Assembly (NCBI GenBank): GCA_951406725.2
Contig: OX597830.1
Location: 39,122,001-39,186,000 of the forward strand
Source of the DNA: Octopus vulgaris
Taxonomy: Eukaryota
Reading direction: 5' to 3'
Length of the DNA: 64,000 nucleotides
Translations under genes and position numbers: made by a program
Shown here: piece by piece, positions 54,896-64,000 of the stretch
Numbering within the stretch: the stretch's first letter is position 1
Layout: each line of letters starts with the position of its first letter
The notes under the pieces: model-generated
What the model was told of the DNA's origin: nothing
Seen by the model: the letters and a program-made list of their open reading frames with translations, nothing else
Database searches by the model: none

Positions 54896-55305
54896 GGAGT
54901 GGCTGTGTGGTAAATTAGCTTGCTAACCAACCACATGGTTCCGGGTTCAGTCCCACTGCGTGGCGCCTTGGGCAAGTGTCTTCTGCTATAGCCCCGGGCC
55001 GACCAATGCCTTGTGAGTGGATTTGGTAGACGGAAACTGAAAGAAGCCTGTCGTATATATGTATATATATATGTATGTGTGTGTGTGTTTGTGTGTCTGT
55101 GTTTGTCTCCCTAGCATTGCTTGGTAACCGATGCTGGTGTGTTTACGTCCCCGTCACTTAGCGGTTCGGCAAAAGAGACCGATAGAATAAGTACTGGGCT
55201 TACAAAGAATAAGTCTCGGGGTCGATTTCCTCGACTAAAGGCGGTGCTCCAGCATGACCGCAGTCAAATGACTGAAACAATAAAAGAGTAAAAGAGTAAA
55301 AGAGT
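54896..55305 (+). mobile_element. SINE family A, head-to-head with the previous copy
   Basis: GGAGTGGCTGTGTGGTAA..(AAAAGAGT)n; high identity to 13748-14167. Confidence 0.9.
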
Positions 55306-55369
55306 ATATATATACATAGATAGATATAGATATAGATATATAGATATAGATATATATATATATAATTTA

Positions 55370-55735
55370 TTCATTTGTTTCGGAGACTGAACTGGACAAA
55401 CCATCTTGAAAAGTTTGGTTGAAATTTGCCCCAATACTTCCATTTTAGTTTTAGTCAGCTGCCTATTCTCTCGCTCAACTTTCTTGCCCAAACGCTATCT
55501 TACGGAGACCTAAACAAAACACCATTGCTTGTCAAGCGGTTGAGGATGGGACACAAAGACACTCATAAACACATTTATTACAATTATATACGACACATAG
55601 ATTCCGTCTAAGAAATTCACTCACAAGATACTGTTCGGCTAGAGTCTGTTGCAGAATATACTTGAGCGTACTGCCAAGTATTGAGACAGTACTCAAAACC
55701 ACATGGTTGCAGATCGAACTTCTTAACAACACAGT
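55370..55735 (-). mobile_element. Older, diverged relative of SINE family A
   Basis: Residual TTGTCAAGC, TATACGAC, TTCCGTCTA..AAATTCACTCACAAG and AACCACATGGTTG blocks in the family order. Confidence 0.55.
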
Positions 55736-56554
55736 AAATATACATACACTATTCAACTTTCGATATTTAATTTCTCTAAAATTATTCTCTAATCTTTTCC
55801 ATAAATTCTTTCGATATACCATTCCATAGATGTTTTAGTTTTAGCACTGAACATTGTAAGCAAAATATCCCCTAATTTTCATATATTTATTTGCTATCTT
55901 TATAATTGTTATACTTATATTGTCGTATTAACGCCCTATTAATATCTAATTTTTACTGATTTAACTAGTTTCTATTAATTATCTCCTTCTATATTTCTGA
56001 CATATTTACATCAACATTCTATTATAAAGTTTATCTACCACTAACCATTTAAGCGGACTCTTATACATTTTCTTCTAATTTATAAAAAAGACGAAATAAG
56101 TGTTAACGGTCAAATATAACTTGCAGTCTCCTGTATTTAAAAATTCCGTACCCGCTTATTTAGATTTCCAAACCAACTTGCTTCTTACTTCTCATTTACA
56201 CTAATGTATAGAGAAGAGAGAAAGTTATATATATTTCTATTTTATATATATTGTCATCTAACCGTTACCAGTTAGTCGTGTTTAAAATAGACATGATTCC
56301 TACAACATCTACACATTAAAAATTAGTAAGAAAACAATACACATGTAATTCTTAAATCCACCTTTTTTCTTTAAGTTCTTATTGTCACTTATTGTACTAC
56401 TAATGAGTATTCTTTGACAATTCCGATTATTAAATTGAATTTATTGTCTAGCGAATTGAATTAATATTTTATCCCATATCTAAACTCCTCCCCTTATGAA
56501 AAATATGATTGAATTTTAACTTACTTCTATAACTTAAATCATATACTTAATATA

Positions 56555-56610
<56 letters not shown>

Positions 56611-56639
56611 TGTATATATAACACCCACATACAAAAACC

Positions 56640-57140
56640 CCCATGATTTTCTTGATTATTTTTGTACACTATATTCTTAGACACTATATTTTTATATACC
56701 TTATTTTATCCTTAACGCCATCCTCAGTTTCCTCCCTCACTCCCTCTACGTTTCACTCTATGTATTTTTTCCTTTTTTTACCACTTAATAGCCACCTCCG
56801 CTACCATTCTGTTATTGAACGTTGATATGTTCTCGTCTATTTCTGGATATTTACATTATCAGGACTTTAACCTACATGGATTTATATAGGATTGCACCTA
56901 AGGACTTACGAACTTGCTTCTACACGATCGAAAACTGAAACTGTGAAATTTATGCCTCTTTTTCTTCCTTTTCTTCATCAACTTATTCATTTTCTCTTGT
57001 CCTCGTTTCGTCATTTCATTTACCCTATTTTTCTCCGATGACAGAACATTCCATACTCTGGTATATCCCAGAAACAGCTGTATATGGCTTGAGATGTTTG
57101 CCTTCCTTTAATATTTGTTGTACTCTTTGACAATTATATT
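56640..57140 (+). mobile_element. PLE 3' remnant related to 35270-35350, with decayed HHR (57035-57082)
   Basis: TACACTATATTCTTAGACACTA..TTATCCTTAAC..TTCCTCCCTCACTC is shared with the region downstream of the 34453 GIY-YIG. CCGAUGA..CCA(UACUC)UGG..GAAACAGCUGUA (palindrome ACAGCUGU), then (TA)n. Confidence 0.6.
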
Positions 57141-57154
57141 ATATATGTGTGTAC

Positions 57155-57214
<60 letters not shown>

Positions 57215-57224
57215 GTATATATGA

Positions 57225-57263
<39 letters not shown>

Positions 57264-57665
57264 GTACTCACACACACACAAACTCTTTCAATTCAGTCTT
57301 AGCAATGAGGATGATGTTTGTACTTTACCTTTGAAATGATAAAATATTGAAAATTCAAATATTTTCTGCAGTTAAGGAGGGTGATGGAAGTGTGCGCTTC
57401 AGTGACATATATAAATATCGGTGTATAATCATCATTACAATATGATTGCTATCATTTACACTCTCTCACAATTTGTAAGGTGAACGGTTAAAGATTAGTT
57501 TTTGACAATCTAAAAGGATTCATATTTTCTGAGGAATGTTTTCAAAAAGAATTTTTCACTAAGTCACTCGTTAGATTCCCTGTTATCTGCAAGGATCACA
57601 TTACCTCTATGAACTAAAACTGTAGCCAGATGGCTGAAACAGGTCAAAGAATAACAGAATATATA

Positions 57666-58536
57666 CAGTCTGTGTTGTGTAAATTGTTGCCATTTTATAT
57701 TTTTAATTCCGTGCATGCGCATTGTTTGTTTTTGATTTTGTCAACTACACAGTGCAGTAGTGTCAGTCGGGCACCGTCTGTAAGAAACACAGCACAATCA
57801 TGCAATCCACTCTGCCAGAAGTTCAGTGACGACGTGCTGCACTGCTTGACATTCACACCGGAAGCTCCTATACGAATAGTTCAGAGTGTGTGTTTGGGTG
57901 TCAATCTGCGGACAGTACAAACTGAAGATATGTACCGAGAGTCATAAAATTCAAACATCCAGTCAACTTCATGGTGTTTGGAGTGATTACGACTGATGGT
58001 TACGTTATGCCTCCATTCAATTTCCCACCCGGCCTCAGACTCAACACAGAGACCTACATCAAGTATCTGGAGGAGGTAGTGCTGCCTTGGGTTCACAGGG
58101 TGGTTACTGGTAGACCTTATGTCGGGCAACAAGACTGCACCATGCCACACTAGCCGGAGAACGGAGTCATGGCTGTCAGACTATTTCTGTCATGACATCT
58201 CACCTAACATCTGGCCACACAACTCCCCAGACTGCAATTCCCTTGGTTATTATGCGTGGGGCTCTGTTGGACGGGAGACCAACAAAACTCCTTGTAACAC
58301 CAAAAAATAACTAAAGGCAAGAATTATGGCAGTATTCACCGTCCAGAAGAGTTGCAGGAGATTCCAAAGTCGTCTGGAGGACGTGACTGAAGCCAATGCT
58401 AATTCTATTGAATAAATTTACTCTTTAGCATTTCAAGATATTTTTATGTAATTTTGGTAAATATATCTGTTAAAATGAGATATCTGTATTATTTTCATTT
58501 TTACGTAATTTAGACGAGTTTATTCACTGCACCCTG
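57666..58536 (+). mobile_element. Internally deleted Tc1/mariner-superfamily transposon, DD37D (maT-like)
   Basis: TA|CAG.. and ..CACCCTG|TA ends with degenerate TIRs; internal transposase remnant. Confidence 0.8.
57947..58400 (+). pseudogene. Transposase catalytic-domain fragment, frameshifted
   Basis: KFKHPVNFMVFGVITTDG..YIKYLEEVVLPW..QQD/frameshift/APCHTSRRTESWL..WPHNSPDCNSLGYYAWG. After restoring a 2-nt deletion there are 37 residues between the second D and the third catalytic position (now G). Confidence 0.85.
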
Positions 58537-58860
58537 TATATGACATTAAGTATCTTATGTGATATGCAGTTATATGATATATACATTCTATGCATGATAT
58601 GTGTATCTGTTTATGTATGTTTGTGTAATAAAATATTTTAGGTATGGTATATTTAATAAAATAGTTTATGTATTATATACGAGTGTGCATCTGTGTATAC
58701 ATATGTGTATACCTGTGTATTTACATATTGCTATATATATATTTTTTTATATCTATATATATCTATATATGTATGTGTGTATATATGTATATATATATAT
58801 GTGTGTGTGTGTGTGTATGTAGGTAGGTAGCTAGGTACATATATATGTATATGTATGTGC

Positions 58861-58898
<38 letters not shown>

Positions 58899-59822
58899 TT
58901 CATTCTAAAATTTTATTACTATTTTAGTGTATGTATTCCAAAGAGTGTACAAACTAAGTCTGCAAGTGTGGGTGTTTTTGTGTGCGATACTAAATTTATT
59001 ACTTTCCATATGAAAAGGCCTGCTATATACACGGAGATGCAAAAAGACGACGTCTGAATTCGATAAAAATAAAAATAAAAGCATTGAACAACACAAACTA
59101 AAGTTATTACTAGCACCAAATTTTCTGTGAAGTTCCGTCCAAATGAATGACGTGAATAGCGTACATAAAAATATATTAATATTTACTCACGAAAAAGCAT
59201 AGCGCTTCTAACTTACACGAAGGAATTGTATGACAACAAATCGATACATTCTGATAGTTTATCTTCGATGACCATCTAAGACAACAACCGCCATTTTACA
59301 TTCATCGCTCACCAACGATTTTAATCTCCTGAAATGCTGACAGAAAGAAAGAGTCGCTTTCTTTAGCAGTGTAAGCATTTCATTCATATTGGGGAAAAAT
59401 AATGTAGAAGCTATAAAATTCAGCTACTGTTTATTCAGCTTTGTAGGCTGTTGTGCCGTTTGGAGCAGACAAGATGTCGCCTGACAAGTGGAGTTTAGGG
59501 TGCTTATCTTGACTTGCATCCACTGCTTTGATATTTATGATCATATTTTCAGTCATATTAGTGATCTTTACACAGTTATCATAGAAATTATTGAGTCCAT
59601 AACTCCATGCTTGCCACGGTGAGTTGGTTACTCAACACATTTGGACTAACCCTTTTGATGTCATTAAGTACACATAAAACTGTAGTCAAAGTAAGTCTTT
59701 TTCATTTTAGCCAGCGTAGTTCGGTCTCTGTAAGTAGTACATTTGGGCGCGCAAATGCCCCTCTCTCTTACTTTTCGTCAACTCATATTTTGTAATAAAG
59801 TTGGTAGGGATGTATCGTAGAA

Positions 59823-59831
59823 AGATAGATG

Positions 59832-59884
<53 letters not shown>
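59823..59884. repeat. (TAGA)n microsatellite
   Basis: Direct reading. Confidence 0.9.
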
Positions 59885-60149
59885 GTGCGTCCGCGTGCAT
59901 TTATGTAGATCTGTCTTTTATGGGCAGTCGTGTCTCTTTGTCTCTCTATGTAAACAGTTGGTTAAGAGACTGTATTTTTTTCCATTTAATATTCAGTTAC
60001 GTTGTACGAAAACAGAGATGGATGAAATAAGTATTAGACTAGAGTAAGCACTAGAGACAATATGACACACTCGTATTGCACTAATAGTAGTCGCACATGA
60101 ACACGGAAGTCCAATTATTTAATTGAATGAAAAAGAATTTGGCTAAAAA

Positions 60150-60345
60150 TTATCTTTTCTACGGTAAGTACAAAGCCTGAAATTTCGGAGGCCCTTAATG
60201 TACAGCATGTACTTATTTTATCGATCCTGTTGGGATAAAATACTAAGTCATCCTCGACGGCTTTTGCATTCAGAAAGTAAAAACAGACGAAATGCCGCTA
60301 AACATTTTGTTCCGGCTTCCTAACGATACTGCCAGTTCACCGCTT
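60150..60345 (-). mobile_element. SINE family B, diverged
   Basis: GTACTTATTTTATCGA..CAGACGAAATGCCGCTAA..CTAACGAT.CTGCCAG.TCACCGC. Confidence 0.6.
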
Positions 60346-60527
60346 TAATTTGAGTAGAAATTATGGAGATAGAGTCTGTAAATCATATTCACTCTATTAG
60401 CTGGTGCTTAATTTACCGACAGCACAAAGAAAAAAGGACAGGAAATCCCACTGAGATTCGATCTCGGTACGTAAAGGCACGTAATACTTTACTGATCCTC
60501 CACGTACACAACATTCCAGAATGTGTA

Positions 60528-61115
60528 TTATTCTTTGCTACTCTAGGCACAAGGCGCGAAATATTTTTGCGGTGGGGGTGCAGTTAATTAGATTGACCCC
60601 AGTACGCAACTGCTACTTAATTCATCAAACCTGAAATGATGAAAGGCAAAGTCGACCTCGACGGAATTTGAACTCAGAACGTAGCGGCAGACAAAATACC
60701 TATTTCTTTACTACCCACAAGGGGCATAACACAGAGAGGACAAACAAGGACAGACAAACAGATTAAATCGATTATATCGACCCCAGTGTATAACTGGAAC
60801 TTATTTAATCGATCCCGAAAGGATGAACGGCAAAGTCGACCTCGGCGGAATTTGAACTCAGAACGTAGCGTCAGACGAAATACCTATTTCTTTACTACCC
60901 ACAAGGGGATAAACACAGAGAGGACAAACAAGGACAGACAAACGGATTAAGTCGATTATATCAACCCCAGTGCGTAACTGGTATTCATTTAATCGACCCC
61001 GAAAAGATGAAAGGCACAGTCGACCTCGACGGAATTTGAACTCAGAACGTAGCGGCAGACAACATACCGCTTGGCATTTCGCCCGGCGTGCTAAACATTC
61101 TGCCAGCTCGCGGCC
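60528..61115 (-). mobile_element. tRNA-derived SINE family B with internal 184-bp tandem triplication
   Basis: Head GCGAGCTGGCAGAA..GAGTTCAAATTCC. Central GTCGACTTTGCCTTTCATCCTTTCGGGGTCGAT..GTACCAG resembles the Nin/Deu-type SINE domain. GTCGACCTC recurs at 60651, 60835 and 61019. Confidence 0.88.
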
Positions 61116-62067
61116 GTACAAATGTATATTATCACAGTGGTACATGGGTAGCGATTTGTGTGTAGGGTACATAAGATTTTATCGACCCATATATTACACT
61201 AGTACTTATTTCAACATCCATGGAAGTGAGAAATGCAAATCCTGGATGTGTAGTCAGCTATATGAACCCTAGTACTTAACTCTTTCTTTATTTTATCTAA
61301 TTTTTGAAGAATAACTTACAGGAACTTGCATCAGTGGTATTCGAAATCGGAACGTTATAGGGAATAACTATACACAACATGACATTTAGTTCGCTGCACC
61401 GATTGATTCACCCAATCCACCACCATGTATTAATCCAGAATATAAGTTTAGAAATAAGATATATACTGTTTAGTTTTTTTGTTGGTTTTTGTTTTTGTTA
61501 ATTTTAGTTCTTGTTTTACATTTTGAGATTATTTTCTAGTTGGCCTGACATTTCCCCAAGAATTGAAAAACAAACCATCAAAGACTGGAGTTTTCTAACT
61601 CTAGTATACGCTATCAATGTTTATTATAGTTATACCTAATGGATCTTATATTACTTATATTACTTAAATATGAAAATTCCCCAGCTGGAGGTGTTTTTAG
61701 TTTATTTTTTTCTTTCTAAGAAATATCTATTTTGAAATGTTTATTACTTGAAAGTTCACGTTGAAAAGCGTATGAATTTAAGAAAAATGCAGGGAAACTT
61801 TAATGGAATTTATCAGAAAATATCAATATAATTTACAGGATGGTCTATGAAAGCTATACTTATTTACTACACTAAAATATAAATCAAAACTATACGAGTT
61901 AGTAGCGTGTGTGCACCAGTCTGTCTTTAAATCACTTGTTCGAATGTTTTAAGCGGATGTTGCATATGACCACTAACTTTAAAACTATTGGGAACACCAG
62001 TTACAAACAATGTTATCAATATTTAAAACTGGCAAGATGGCTGATAGATGCTAAACAATAAGATCCC

Positions 62068-62287
62068 TACGTGGGGATGCTGAAAAGTTCTCATTTTTGG
62101 GTAAAAGAAATAGAGGAGGATCAGTTAATTATGATTTTATTCAACATATTTCCCTCTCAGATTCACATAGTTATTGTAACAGTCCTTCTGTGTTTCTTAG
62201 TCCTGTAACAAAACTCACAAGTTTGGGCCTCCAACCAGGCCATTCGCGATATTCTTAAAGCCAGGAAATTTTCGTAATCAATTCGTA
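62068..62287. mobile_element. mariner-type MITE, degenerate
   Basis: TA|CGTGGGGATGCTGAAAAGTTC.. and ..AAAGCCAGGAAATTTTCGTAATCAATTCG|TA: imperfect TIRs with TA flanks. Confidence 0.55.
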
Positions 62288-63254
62288 CATGATATATAGA
62301 TCCTAGCGTCAAATATAGAATATATCTAAAAACCCTGTTTCAAAATAAAATAATAATTATATGTGTAATAGTTGCTATACGATAAGAAGTAAGGATCTGG
62401 AGGAACAAGACAGCGGGTTAGTTGGTTGTTGCTGTTCAGTGCCAGATCAGAGGTTATTAAGCAGTTCTATGATTACTGAAACTTCCACTGAGTTTAATCT
62501 GTATTTTTAGAAATATGTAGTACTTCATTCTATATCTAAGGCAGTGGGGTAAGATTTGAAAGATATCTTTTCTATTTCAGGCAGATTGAGTTACAACTTA
62601 CAAACTCATCCTTTTTAGGATTTCGCTTTGTTATTCTTACCAGGTCCATGTTACCCCCGACCCAGTAGACCTATGAGGTTACACATTCTGGTCTTGACAA
62701 TCCCGCTTTTAGTATATTTAGGAATATATTGTCCAGAAAGTATGGTGTGACTTTTTTTTAATTACGAAGTTTGGCTACTATTTTATCAGGTTATTTAGGT
62801 TTAGTTTCTGATTCTTATTCGGAACCATTTCTTTTGCCTATGATTTTAAAGAATTACTTCGAGTAAACTATAACCCACCCGACTTCGTATGTTCTGCTGA
62901 ACCATAAAAAAAAATTAGTAGTTCTCCTTCATGAAATGAAACCAATAGTCTTGCAATGAAAACCGTTAACATCGCTTCAAATGATGGGACACTTATAATA
63001 ATATTTTGTGACTAAAGATACAAACCGGTTAGCATGAAGTCTACTATAGCTTTCAGCTTACTTAAAACAATTTGTGAAACAATGAATTGTTGATCAATTA
63101 AGTTCTGAAATGGAAGCCCAAGTACGATAAACCATGAGCAACTTCCAAAGTTTGAGCGACACCCTAAGGGAAAACAATGGACTCGGTAATGATGATGCAA
63201 TTATAAGGACGCTGTTTAGGAAGCGAATATTCAAAGTATAGGTATTAGATAAGG

Positions 63255-63255
<1 letters not shown>

Positions 63256-63318
<63 letters not shown>
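63256..63318. repeat. (ATT)n microsatellite
   Basis: Direct reading. Confidence 0.95.
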
Positions 63319-63326
63319 GGTAGAGC

Positions 63327-63655
63327 GGCGAGCTGGCAGAAACGTTAGCACGCCCGGCGAAATGCTTAGCGGAATTTCGTCTTCCGTTACGTTCTGAAAT
63401 CAAATTCCGTCTACTTTGACTTTCATCATTTCAGGGGTGATAAATTAAGTACTAGTTACGCACTGGGGTCGATGTCATCGACATAATCACTTTGTCTGTC
63501 CTTGTTTGTCCCCCTTATGGACAATAAAGAAATAAGAATCGTGAGCCCGCCGACCGAAATACTTAGCGGCATTTCAACCATCTTTATGTTCTGAGTTCAT
63601 ATGCCGCCAAGGTTGACTTTGCCTTTCACCCTTTCGAGGTTGGTGTAATCGACAA
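63327..63655 (+). mobile_element. SINE family B, dimeric
   Basis: GGCGAGCTGGCAGAAACGTTAGCACGCC head; a second partial unit starts at about 63536. Confidence 0.8.
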
Positions 63656-63710
63656 ACCACTTTCATCATATATATATATATATATATATCTATATCTATC
63701 TATATCTATA

Positions 63711-63756
<46 letters not shown>

Positions 63757-63778
63757 CATACATACATACATACATACA

Positions 63779-63811
<33 letters not shown>

Positions 63812-64000
63812 GTCTATTATAGTATTCTTGGTAAATGTGTGTAGTATATTTCGACCTCTACATCCGATGTGAGATATCAGTCATGCCTGTTTTATTCCGA
63901 TTTTAAACAGCCCTTGTAATTTTCGTCAATTAATTGAATGCATAATATCAATTGATTGAAGCATTGAATTCACTTTATTGAACATGTGATATTATGCCGT

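Overview
AT-rich, microsatellite-dense eukaryotic non-coding DNA (intergenic or intronic). The repeat families resemble those of coleoid cephalopods (Octopus-like); this is inferred from recognising the repeats, not from a search. No intact cellular protein-coding gene is supported, and almost all ORFs in the track are translations of (TA)n/(CA)n/(TAGA)n repeats. The window contains three tRNA-derived SINE families, an internally deleted DD37D (maT-like) Tc1/mariner element, several MITEs, and many Penelope-like element (PLE) remnants, two with GIY-YIG endonuclease coding sequence. The most notable signal is about 17 type-I hammerhead-ribozyme (HHR)-like motifs on both strands, belonging to roughly a dozen unrelated repeat ends. 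Three fold with full stems (52722-52810 +, 53029-53114 -, 28592-28644 -). Most have a palindromic stem III and sit a short distance upstream of a (TA)n or (CA/TG)n tract. Several lie in inverted repeats from 136 bp to 4 kb, and several carry variant cores (CCGAAGA, UUGACAA, CUGUCGA). All folds and alignments were done by eye, and repeat boundaries are approximate.
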